Of a stretch of 64,000 bases of DNA, positions 42,345 through 53,241 are shown piece after piece; the first letter of the stretch is position 1, and each line of letters starts with the position of its first letter. The stretch covers positions 55,480 to 119,479 of the forward strand of contig ADNK01000255.1 of the NCBI GenBank assembly GCA_000320545.1, in the 5' to 3' direction. This DNA comes from Bigelowiella natans CCMP2755 (taxonomy: Eukaryota; Protista; Cercozoa). The translations under genes and the position numbers were made by a program. Below the pieces are notes generated by a model that was not told the DNA's origin, did not search any database, and saw only the letters and a program-made list of their open reading frames with translations.

Positions 42345-42822
42345 GCAGGAGAATAATGTCCCGATAAGGAGCAATCACTGCTGCGACTTGCCGTAAAATA
42401 TTATGGGGAAGACGGACTTCAATCACGTCACCATCTGTGCACGATGAGCGTCGTTGGAATTGCTAGTATTCGTTCATGGGGATTCACCGATGATTCGTGG
42501 AGAGTAGTAACAACTCCCACATCATCCTCCCGCCCTGTATCTTGTAAACCGCTAGCAACATGCACGGTAATCAGTCGTCCTGCGAGCTGCTACTGCTGCT
42601 GCTGCTTCCGTGCAATGAGTTTCGATGTTTTATTTCTATTGTGTTAAGATTAAGAACGCATATTCGTACGTGCGTGCATATGTGAGTGGCGAATATGCAT
42701 GTATCTGCTAGCTAGGTATGCGCGCGCGTGTTTTGTTCTCTATGTGCATGCGCATGCACGTACATGTTGTTACATGTGAGACGGATGTAATGAGTTGTTG
42801 ATTAAATCTTTTCCATTGTAAT

Positions 42823-43277
42823 ATCCTAATGTAGCTGCTGTACGCTGTACGTACCATGCTAGCATGCTGTATATATCGTAGCCAAAGCGCTGACATTGCA
42901 TCGGTTTGCCACTTCCACTAATGTGTGTTTTGTGTGCAATAAAATGTCATAAGCATTCATCTCGCATGCGTGTCGTAACGCGTTAAGAACACGTAATTTT
43001 GAGTACTTTTAATTCAGTTGTCGTTAGATGTCTAGCTAGTCTCGTAGTAATCTCTGTCTAGTTGTCCACAGGGCCATTTTATAATTTGTTGATTCCTTAG
43101 TCTTAATAGACACACGGTCATATATATAGAGTCAACCGATGATAGATCTAGATCGAGATATTTAATGTCGTCCTTGCAAATACGCTACCTCATGCTTTTT
43201 GCGAGCTAGTGTAGATATCCATAGCAGGCATGTGCTCTAGTGCTGAGCTGTGTCCTAATCCTAGGTGACTACTACTA

Positions 43278-43311
<34 letters not shown>

Positions 43312-43377
43312 GCTACTACATATGACACTACTGCATAATGTGTGCGTAGGGCTAGTGCATCATAAATGCTGTATACA

Positions 43378-43419
<42 letters not shown>

Positions 43420-43442
43420 GCTTTGGACAGCTACATTAGGAT
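42823..43442. mobile_element. Possible degenerate MITE-like element with a 15-bp perfect inverted repeat
   Basis: ATCCTAATGTAGCTG (42823-42837) and CAGCTACATTAGGAT (43428-43442). No clear target-site duplication. Confidence 0.35.
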
Positions 43443-43474
43443 GACAATATTGCTCTCAATGTAATCATTTCCTT

Positions 43475-44414
43475 TCATCTGTCCCGATCTATCCTCAAAT
43501 CGATAATTTTGAGTCTACTCTTTCTCCATGCGTGCATGCGCCTGCAGATCTTGCTTCTCCGCAGCAGCCACATTTTCATAGTTGTGCCGACTGCTGCTCC
43601 AGCTTGCGAGTCTAACAACGTCAAAGTATCATCCCCTTTTACACGCATCGCAAAAAGGCAGGCAGGCTTCGATAGAGTTACTGCAGGGCCGCCCCAGGTC
43701 ATAATATAGGCCTGCCTAACTTCGGTTCTCTTCCAGTTCCACACGTGGATCATGGTAACACGGGATACGACCGTTGCTTGCCAGGCTACATGCGCGCGAC
43801 GACGGATTCTGATGATGATTTGATCATAAATAAATAAAATAAGATACAGAGAGCCCGATGTGACGAGGGAAAGGATGATGTGTATGTGATAGGAAGTAAT
43901 GGTCACGATGCTACTCGTTATGCACCTTTCAACTCCGTTCCATGCCTTCCAACTAAATGTCTCTGAGACGTAAACAAAAAACTAAGGTTAGAAGGATTTC
44001 TCACTGAACCCCCTCTACTCTGCGTGTGGCTGAATATTCTTTCTCGGGTGTACCGCGGCATTTGAAAGCATCATCGATATACCTCCTACGTCTGAAACGA
44101 TGGAAACATTGACGTGCGGCTCTAGTGTTGGAGTGCGGGCAGAAGTCCCCTCTACTAAATCCCCCCTACTACAATTCAACCCCCCCCTTCCCGCTGCGCT
44201 TCCCCCCCTAAGTCTCTTTTCCGACGAATATTTACCCTGAGCACTATTTTTTGGGAGAAACTCCGATTGCAGACGTAGCAATTAAATCGATACGGCGAGC
44301 GACTATGGCTTCGTGAATGAATCTAAACCGGATCAAGTTACAGCCCATCATATATACACAACTACTGAATGAAGAACATCCGTGTGCGCACACACACACG
44401 CACACACTTATAAA

Positions 44415-44464
<50 letters not shown>

Positions 44465-44592
44465 ACATTTGAAGATAATACCGCGAGGCCGGACTGATAC
44501 TTGAACTTCCTCGTACAATTCGGATGCTTGCATACATATGGATAATGTCCGTCCTTCTTGTCCCTCTTTTTCTCCTTTTTCTCGTCTGGATG

Positions 44593-44633
<41 letters not shown>

Positions 44634-46204
44634 ACATAAATGAGAGTGCTCCAACAATCAAAGTATTCCAGTTTGTAAGGAAATAGTAGCCTTAGTAGGC
44701 CTGTAGCGCACCTTCAGCTTCTGCTTGAAGTGACGATCTATTCATCGTATCTTTCCCATATAGATCCGAGTGCATCAAAGCAATATGCTCCTAACAATGG
44801 TAGCCATCAGCAGCATATGAATCACTGAATGAGCTTTGTAACAGCACAAAGGAGGCAAAAAAAGACGTGGGTGAGAATGTGAAGAGGAGATACTTGCCTT
44901 AAGGTTTTTTAGATGCCTGTAGGACTTGTTGCACGCTTTACATATAGCTGAAGCCTTGCTTGCGTGTACGTACATGTGCACCTAAAGGTAAGAACAAATA
45001 AATGAAGAAAGAGGAAGAAGGGATCAAGTAGGAATGAATGAGAAGAAGCCCTCAGTACTTTTCCCATGAGGCATTTCCTCCATGTATTGCTAGCGGCAAA
45101 CAAAGTAAATATGATGAAAATCGGTGCCACTCTAGAATCATAATCTCATCGCACGTTTAAGTTCGAGCTTGTCAAGAACTTCTGCGCGCATTTCGGGCAC
45201 GAGAATGGTCGCTTTCCGGTGTGGAGATGCAGATGAACGCGCATATTTATGCGAGTCGCACCACATTCCATACACTTATTCTTGCCGTCACAATGAACCT
45301 AGAGAGATAATATGTCGGAGGCTGCACAAAATCATTTTTCATTAAATGGTGAATAACATACCTTGGCAAGTTTGAGAGATTTGCACTTCGCGCTGCAAAC
45401 GGGACAGAAATGGCTATCTCTCGTTTCTTGAAGTGTGGTGTTACCGAGCGTCTTTACAGTGTTTTTGTTGTTGTTACTGCTGCTGCTGCTAACTTTAAGT
45501 GACCCTTCCTCCTCTCTGGAACGAAATTTTTTCAACGGGTGTCTTTGCGATCGGCCTTTGAGCTTATAATCACTCCCATAAGTTGTTAAGTTTGGATGGT
45601 GAGTTATGTTCGTTGAATCAGCAGCGTAGTTGTCGAGGGTGTGCAATCGAAGGATGTGTTGCTGGAAGTATACGCACAATGATATTATAAGATGGTCAAA
45701 TGCGGTTTGAATAAGACAACGAGCATATGGGAAACAACAGTATTGTGGAATTCTGAGTCATGGATTCATTCAATGGGGTTGGAAGAGGGAAAATAAAGAC
45801 GGCCTCTGCTCTACGATTGAAATATGGAGTTAATACCCTGACAGTTTGCTTCGATTGGAATGCAAGTCCACAGATTACGCATTTGAACAGCATGGAGAAC
45901 GACCCGCTTGGAATTTCAACCCCCGTCCCTCCTCCACCACCTCCTTCTAACCGGCGTCTCTGCTGCCGCATCCCCCCTCACCACTCCTGCATCCTACTTA
46001 CCACAAGACCAAACCATTTAGTGTGTAGTTTGTACACATCTTAAAGGCATAAATTCGCACAAGCCACAAAATGAAGAAGATGCAACCGTGCTCCTCGTTC
46101 CTGGCCGAAGAAGAAAGAGACCCTCCTCTCGGAGGAGAGGGCAGGGCGTCCTCTGCTTTCTGATGTAAATCAGCAAAATTCTCAGGAAACCAAGGCCATT
46201 CCAT
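43475..46204 (-). CDS. C2H2 zinc-finger protein, probable transcription factor
   Basis: Exon 1 MEWPWFPENFADLHQ. Fingers: FKCVICGLAFQSKQTV, HFCPVCSAKCKSLKLAK|VH, KCMECGATRINMRVHLHLHTGKRPFSCPKCAQKFLTSSNLN, ICKACNKSYRHLKNLK|EHIALMH. Confidence 0.82.
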
Positions 46205-46459
46205 CTTCAGTTAGCATGCAATTTATTGTCGCTCAACTGAAACCGATACGAACGACGAAAATCTGTTGCATTTTTAGAATACGACATGATCGTAGGGTTG
46301 GGAGCTGGGAGCTGCGAACTTACAATTTATTATTGCGACAATCAATTCTTCACGTCGCTGTTGCATCATGCATTTCATTTAACATGTGCGACAAATCACC
46401 TTCTTCTTTCCGGAAGGCGTCCGGAGCTGTAGTCTGGAGCGTCCAACTCCGAAAGCATT

Positions 46460-46975
46460 AAGGCCGCAGGACTTTTCCACAAAGCATCTTCTCGTACGCT
46501 TTCTTTATCGCATTGCTGAAGTAGTAGTTCTTCCCTGTCGCATCTGATAAGGCCAGGAGGGAGCGGAACAGTGTTCGGGTTTGGACAAGAATTCGAACGA
46601 GTTTAGCGAATTCCTCTCCTCGGAGATGATCTACGCCATAGGCTGATAATCATCGAAGATGTCCTCTTATCCTCCGGAAGCGAACCAGGTTCAACGTCCC
46701 GTTGACAGAAGGATATTTTACCACCAATAAATGAAGCACTAGTCTCTTTTGGAGCATTGATCGTAACGGTACATATCTTATCGCTTCGTAAAGACCGGCA
46801 ATGCAAACATCTGGTTCTCAAACAAGAGGACTAGCAAGTAGGAGAAATTCGACAGGTAGGTAGTCCGAAAGATTAGTTTTCGTCCCCATGTTCGCGAGGA
46901 AGATGCCGTGAGAGCGAATCGTCTCGCAATTCAGACGGTAGTAGACTGTGATAAAGTAGTTGATGCACTGTAGGA
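46460..46975. other. Microsatellite-free coding-like block, strand unresolved
   Basis: Plausible frames on both strands: minus GVDHLRGEEFAKLVRILVQTRTLFRSLLALSDATGKNYYFSNAIKKAYEKML, plus ISFRPHVREEDAVRANRLAIQTVVDCDKVVDAL*. Confidence 0.3.
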
Positions 46976-47775
46976 TTACACAGTGAACATTGAGTATTAA
47001 TTTTGACTAAATGTATTCATTTTACACAAAAATCACATCTGCATGCATCTCTGTAGATGAATGTAGGCACATGTAGAATGTTTTGTTTTCCACACAAACA
47101 TTGAGTTTGCGCAAGGCTCAAGAGCAGTGTGAAGGAGATGAAATGTCACTGCTTTCTGTCATCTGCATGGCACTGCGCCGACAAATGGGAACATCATGTT
47201 TGAATGACCCCAATCGCAACTTTCATGTGCACCGTTGTCGCTGTCAATTTGCGCCCGCGCTGTTGCAGGTGTTAGCCAACTGTTTTGCATGTGCATGCTT
47301 GCGTCCACACCATCACACAAATGAGACAGAATGTCCGCCGCTTGTGTGCTTGTGGCAAATCTGTGCAGCTGCTTCCAGCAAGTCCCCAGCAGCTGCTAGC
47401 ATCACTCTCCACTCGGGTTTCGAAGAAGGGAAGTGCTCAACAATGAACATGAACAAATTGTTTGCGGTCATTGACCTGATGAAGAGCAGAAGAGGGTTGA
47501 CGATGACACACGCGTTTGCAAGGTGTTGGGGAAAAGTGAAACAAATTGAGCAGGAAACGAGGCAAGGATCTGGCGAATCAGATGAAAACCATCATGAGAA
47601 TTGAACATTCCTACAAACTCATGTGGCAAATGCTACGAGATACACAATCATTTTGACAATTGGATGCATCAACAGCGATCTGTTTCAATACATTAACGCT
47701 TAGTAAAAATTGGAAAAATTCAAATTGGAAAGATTCAAAACATCAGATCTAGAGCAGATAGTTCCAAATTGTGAC

Positions 47776-47780
47776 AAAAA
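47776..47780 (-). terminator. T5 run directly after the last tRNA of cassette B
   Basis: Minus strand reads ...GTGCCCCC TTTTT GTCA, the same context as cassette A. Confidence 0.7.
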
Positions 47781-47851
47781 GGGGGCACCGTGGAATCGAA
47801 CCACGGTCTCTACCGTCCAAAGGTAGGATACTACCACTATACTAGTGCCCC
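47781..47851 (-). tRNA. trnP-UGG: tRNA-Pro(UGG), A37, cassette B
   Basis: Identical to 28731-28801. Confidence 0.88.
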
Positions 47852-47858
47852 TATTGAG

Positions 47859-47932
47859 AGCCACCGTTCGGATTTGAACCGAAATCTTTGCCCTTACGAG
47901 GGGCATGCTCTTGCCAATTAAGCTACAATGGC
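47859..47932 (-). tRNA. trnT-CGU: tRNA-Thr(CGU), cassette B
   Basis: Same body as the cassette A Thr, but the loop is CT CGT AA and the discriminator is U73. Confidence 0.9.
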
Positions 47933-47937
47933 GCATG

Positions 47938-48011
47938 AGGAAACGATAGGACTCGAACCTATAACCTTCGGGATTGTAATCCGATGCTCTGACCAATTGA
48001 GCCACATTTCC
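47938..48011 (-). tRNA. tRNA with ACA anticodon (nominally Cys), cassette B
   Basis: GGAAATG TG GCTC AATTGGTCA GAGC A TCGGA TT ACA AT CCCGA AGGTT ATAGG TTCGAGT CCTAT CGTTTCC T. Confidence 0.75.
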
Positions 48012-48018
48012 GAACAGA

Positions 48019-48089
48019 GGGGGCACCGTGGAATCGAACCACGGTCTCTACCATCCTAAGGTAGGATACTACCACTATACTAGTGCCCC
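48019..48089 (-). tRNA. trnP-AGG: tRNA-Pro(AGG), A37, cassette B
   Basis: Identical to 28977-29047. Confidence 0.88.
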
Positions 48090-48095
48090 ATCTTG

Positions 48096-48139
48096 CGAGA
48101 ACGGCAGGACTTGAACTTACAATCTCGTGCTACGTTCTC
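48096..48139 (-). pseudogene. Armless tRNA-like unit: acceptor stem plus T-arm, D and anticodon arms missing
   Basis: GAGAACG TA GC ACGAGATT GTAAG TTCAAGT CCTGC CGTTCTC G; perfect 7-bp acceptor stem. Confidence 0.7.
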
Positions 48140-48144
48140 TGATG

Positions 48145-48229
48145 AGATAGTGACAGGATTTGAACCTGCTAGGGCTGAGCCCCCACCGGTGTTCTAAGCC
48201 GGGCTGCATACCAAATGCAGTTCACTACC
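48145..48229 (-). tRNA. trnS-AGA: Class II tRNA-Ser(AGA), atypical
   Basis: GGTAGTG AA CTGCAT TTGGT ATGCAG C CCGGC TT AGA AC ACCGG, long variable arm, GCAGG TTCAAAT CCTGT CACTATC T. Has A8, a 6-bp D-stem, C31.A39 mismatch and U73. Confidence 0.72.
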
Positions 48230-48245
48230 GGAATGGTGTTAGCTG

Positions 48246-48317
48246 CGACTCTACTCGGATTTGAACCGAGGTCTCCCCGTAGACAGCGGGGTATCCATAC
48301 CACTGGACCATAGAGCC
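48246..48317 (-). tRNA. trnD-GUC: tRNA-Asp(GUC), atypical U37
   Basis: GGCTCTA TG GTCC AGTGGTAT GGAT A CCCCG CT GTC TA CGGGG AGAC CTCGG TTCAAAT CCGAG TAGAGTC G (G73). Confidence 0.87.
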
Positions 48318-48342
48318 AAGGGAGGCTTGAGCTTTTAGCTCA

Positions 48343-48415
48343 TTGCGATGAATGGATTCGAACCATTAACCTTCGGGATATGAGCCCGACGCGCTTCCGA
48401 TTGTGCCACATCGCA
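48343..48415 (-). tRNA. trnM-CAU: Initiator-like tRNA-Met(CAU), bacterial/organellar style, cassette B
   Basis: Differs from the cassette A copy by two D-arm substitutions, one creating a D-stem mismatch. Confidence 0.85.
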
Positions 48416-48576
48416 CTGAATCGTGCTTCTCTTGCACTTCTCTTGCACAGTGTGGAGCTTTCTCCGCACTCTCACCCCTCGTCCGGACGCTCCTCGGATG
48501 GAGTATGAGTTTCCCAGAAAGTTCGAGGATCAAAGTTTGGAGCTAGGCGTAACGACAACCTTTCGAGAATGTCGCA
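48416..48576 (-). promoter_or_regulatory. Conserved 5' leader/upstream element of tRNA cassette B
   Basis: Homologous to 29124-29285: hairpin at 48450-48469, 37-nt box at 48498-48534, local 11-nt duplication CTTCTCTTGCA. Confidence 0.65.
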
Positions 48577-49310
48577 CTTGTAAGAAGCAGGGACATGTCA
48601 AAGAAAATTTGTTTCTTCGACTCGAAGTGAGTCGTTGAGAAGGACGTGGTCATTGTCTACCTGCGACAAACATAGGAGGTTGTCGCAATTGCAAAATGGA
48701 TGGATCCTTCCCAGAACACACCTCAGCGGAAAGAAAGAAAGGTTTGGGTGCATCATCATTGGGCAGGCAAAAGGGAGAAGGTCAACCTGTTTATTAGATC
48801 CGAGTACTCGAGATAGGAACGACATACTTTCAAAAGGGAGAAAGAATTCTTAGAAAGGTAGAAATAGGGTCTAAAATAAGGTTGACTTGCAACCTTTCAG
48901 GAAGCATTCTGGCATTTTCTCAAACACCTTTTGAAAGATTTCGATATTCTCAGATAGGTAGAGTAGTTAAATTCAGAGGGAAAGAACATTGCATAGAGGC
49001 TGGTTTTAATGATCACGTGTACCTTTCCGAGGCAATAGAAAGCCCTCTGATTCAATATTGGACTCTTCCGAAGTGTCTTCAGACCGAAAGGGACAGATGA
49101 AGCGGATCATACATATTTGTGAAGCAATCACTGTCCCTTTTGGACAATTTCATGCTCATACGATCATAACGATACCAGCCATTTGAGAGGACTGGTCTTC
49201 TAATATTGTAATCCAGGAGATAACGGAATTTCGGAGGACTAGGTTATTTGGCGATATTTATAGTCACGTCGATTGTCTTCCAAGCCAGTGCTACCCCACA
49301 TTGAAAACCA

Positions 49311-51754
49311 ATGGAGAGCTTAGCAAAGCTCGCGAAATCAAGTGGCAGTAGTGGCTCTACAGGTTCCAAACAGCCGCTTTCTGTTGGATTCAACCAGGAT
49401 AAAAGGTACCTGTGCTACAAACAGCTACATTTTCTCATATTGTTGTCTGCATAATGTCACTATCATCACCATCGTTATTGTCCTACTACCACGATCATCA
49501 TTACAATCGTCAATATCAGCCTCATCACGGTCGGAGGCTCACGGGGCTTTCGGATTTATCGATGCAACCCATTTAAGAAGTGCTTCCAAGCAGGTGGGTC
49601 TGCATATATCCCCGTTCTCCCTCACTTACCACACAATCCTTCGCCTCAGTTTCCATTCATATTTGAGGCAAATGAGCAGTCTCTTATGCAGATAATTAAC
49701 TTCGCATACCTAATTGAAAAGTCTCCTAATCTTTGGCAAAATTCTGATTTCACTACTAGCTCACGGCAGCATAAAAATTGTGGAAATGCTATTCTCCACC
49801 AGCCTTGTGGCACTGGTTAGTGATTTATACACAAGTAGAGAAGATATACAGACATATTCTATTTGACCCGCTCCCTCTTAATATCTTTCGATCTTCTTTC
49901 AAACCCTGCACATCAGTGAGATGCTGTAGCAAGTCGTTTCTCCCCCTTAATCACCAATATGTTCTTCGTCGTCTTTATCATCGTTATCATCAAAACTTTA
50001 TTCTTATCAAATCAGGTTGGCGCGGGCAAGCAGCCTGCGTTTTCTCCGCGGCGTATACGGCTATACAATACGACAACCAACGAGGTGACTATGAAAGCTA
50101 CCTCTATGTTGTCTTCTCATGAGTTCTAACCTTCTTTTAACTCTTTCCATCCATAACACTATCTAAGTTTTTCTGCGAGCTGGACTTCGCAACAACAGTC
50201 CTGAACGTCAAGATGAATAGCAAGAGGTGATCTTCTTGTGTGCAGGCATACGTCGCATTCTCCCCAATCACCTCATTTGACAGCACTAAACACTGACGAT
50301 GTTCCGTGATGGATATTTCATCATCCTTCTAAAGAGTATTCCTCGACGTATACTTCTGTTCTATTTTTGTGCAGGCTAGTGGCAGTTCTTGAAAACAAGA
50401 TTCACATATTTGACTTGAAGAAGTCTCTCCACATCCTACATACCCTACGGACCCCGTCCAACCCCAAGGGTGTCATTGCGCTATCGAGCAATGTGAAGAA
50501 CGGTTTCATGGCGCTTCCAGGTCACGAGTCCAAGGGTGAGATACTCGTCTACGACGTCATCAATCTGCAGGTTAATAACTGTGAGGAGGAATGAGGAAGA
50601 GAAGGGAATGGTGTAGGGGGATCACCACATCTCAGCACCATTCTTATAAGCCATAGCAATTAATAAATCAGCTTTGGAAGCATAATCATTCAGCCGTCTC
50701 ATAATGAAACACGCACACCTATTATTGTAACTAGGTTCAATCCTCAATCAATGCCTGTAACAATCCGATCCAGAAGCTTAGCATGAATAATGAAGGTACC
50801 CTTTTAGCAGCAGCCTCGACTCAGGTGGGAAACATATAATGCTTGTCATCGAACCACTACACTTTAGCTGGAGGGACACCTATGAAGCAGGACAGAACAG
50901 TCCTGCGCTGCTGCTATTGTTTTAGTGCGTTTCACCACCATTACTTTCATCTATCTTTTTCTCGTAGGGTACTGTAATACGGGTTTTCTCGATTCCTGGG
51001 GGAACGAAGCTCTATACCTTTAGAAGGGGCAGGTAAAATAGTCTGCTGTTGTACACAAAACAGTGTTGTGAATAGTACTGGGTGGAGGGGGGGGGGGGGT
51101 TACGGTTGCACGTGAAGACTCTTGGTCGTCCATCGCATCGATCGATCATAGATAATGCTTCTTACATGATTTGTCTTATCGTCTTCTGGTTGGTTCTTTG
51201 CTTTTGTCATATTCTTTGCATAATCCCCGTCTTACAGCTATCCAGTAACCATACACTCCATCGCATTCAGCTTTAACTCTACTCACATTGCCGTGTCGAG
51301 GTGTGTGTATTTTTTGAAATAGTACGCATTTTGTTTTATGTTTGTGCATATATGCCGTGAGTATGACGTGTGCTATGTAGTTCTGTAAATTGCAATAACG
51401 ATCCAATGAGATCTTTCTCTCTCCCGTGCTTTTCAAGAGTAAACAGTGACATAATAACACGAATAACTACGTATTCAGCTCATCGCGCACGATTCATATT
51501 TTCGGGTTGTCTTCCGAGTCAAAGAAAAGACCGAAGCTAAAGAGCAAGGCCTCGGCGTCCTCGTCATCATCGTCGTCGTCTGCAGCGGCGGCCGTCGTCT
51601 CGTCTGCATCCTCGTCAGCAGCGTCCGCATCTTCAGCTATTGCAAGCTACCTACCGAACTTGCTCAGCGACATCGTGGAGCCTGGCCGCCATTTCGCCTT
51701 CGTGAATCTCAAGGACTCTTCGGACCATACTGTGGTTGGGTTCGGCCAGAACAA

Positions 51755-51785
<31 letters not shown>

Positions 51786-52133
51786 AAGACGAGTAGGCGC
51801 AAGAGCAGGGAAGAGAAGGACGATCATGAGGAGGAGGAGGAGGAGGAGGAGGAGGAGGAGGAGACGCTGCAGTTACTCGTGCTAAGCTCTCAAGGGCACT
51901 TAAGCAAGTACACGGTTCCTGGAAACGGTGGTGAGTGCAAGCTCGGTATGGAGTTTCCCCTTACCGAGAAGCCAGATGAAGAAATGGGAGTCAAGATCCA
52001 TGGCAAGGGGGCAGCACAAACTCTGTTCCACGTGCAGTACGACTACCGAACGGCGGGAGCTGCATCAGGAGGAGGAAATAGCGACAACAGCAGTGAGGCA
52101 CGAGTAGAGCGTGTAGCTGTTGGAGATGGGAAG

Positions 52134-52170
<37 letters not shown>

Positions 52171-52379
52171 GCGACAACACCACTGCGTCAAAGACGAATT
52201 CGGTGTTCAGCCTCGAGGACGTCTTTGCTTCCACGGGGGATGACCACGAGGAGGAAAATGATAGGAAGGAAAATGTAGCAGCCCAGACGACTAAAATACC
52301 TAATTATGTCGACGATGAGTGTACAAAACCGCAGCAGAACATCGAACCTGATATCCTCATAGAAAGTTTGCCAAAGTGA
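49311..52379 (+). CDS. ATG18: ATG18/WIPI PROPPIN WD40 autophagy protein
   Basis: LSVGFNQDK, VGAGKQPAFSPRRIRLYNTTTNE|VFCELDFATTVLNVKMNSKR|LVAVLENKIHIFDL, GTLLAAASTQ|GTVIRVFSIPGGTKLYTFRRG (FRRG phosphoinositide motif), GRHFAFVNL, LLVLSSQGHLSKY. Confidence 0.94.
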
Positions 52380-53005
52380 GAAGGCGAGAATCTTGTTGGG
52401 CATTGTACAGTGCAATATTTATTAAGATCATATGGTCTAAGGAAGATGATGAATTAATTACGTTTTCAGGATACATGGCATTCATAGAATGAAATAAATC
52501 ATGTAATGTCCGCCAACTTTTAAACTGGCTGTTGTTCGTTGCATTATTCTAGTATTGCTTGACGTATACTTCTAGACTTGTGCGCGTGATGCCGCGCTTC
52601 TTGTGATCATATATCAAATTCTTTGAGACGTGCGCACATCGAAAGCAGGAAAAAAAGTGTTGCATATACCTGCATCAAACGTGATCATGTGTGCCATGTG
52701 CACACCAGAGTCAGCCATGTTGGCATGCATGCTGACACGGGATACCAACACATCTAGACATCACTAGATTACGACAATGAAATCGATGTGCCTACAGCAC
52801 CACATTTTTAACAATATTACATGTTTCAGATCATTTGATTTAGCATGATGATGCCGCGCGAGTCGCAAGCGCCGATTTTGTCATGCGCGTGCACACATTA
52901 TGAGCAAGACCCACGCATGTGCTAAACTGTAGATGCAATGGTCATGATATTGCTGATCGATGCCATGTCCGTTACAAGCAGGTGCATCATCATCATGTTC
53001 CCTCA

Positions 53006-53042
<37 letters not shown>

Positions 53043-53241
53043 ATGTGTGTGTGTGTGCTCATTTTTCCACAGCGCGTTTGTTTATGAAGCCACTTGGACT
53101 TATACTGCTAGCAATCATTTGCAGCCCGGGCTAGATGAGAAATGGAAGGGCGGTTGATTCGAAATGATGAGCGTGCTCTTATAACTTGGTGATAATGTGG
53201 AATGCTAACAATCTTATTTGGCATAGAGGGAGTCTCATTCA

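Noticed and set aside
46460-46821. TRM1-like tRNA methyltransferase next to the tRNA cassette
   Set aside because: No SAM-binding or DLDPFG-type motif found. The adjacent zinc fingers belong to a separate C2H2 gene.
48716-48790. RKERKVWVHHHW resembling a Harbinger transposase N-terminus
   Set aside because: Too short, with no downstream DDE motifs recognisable.
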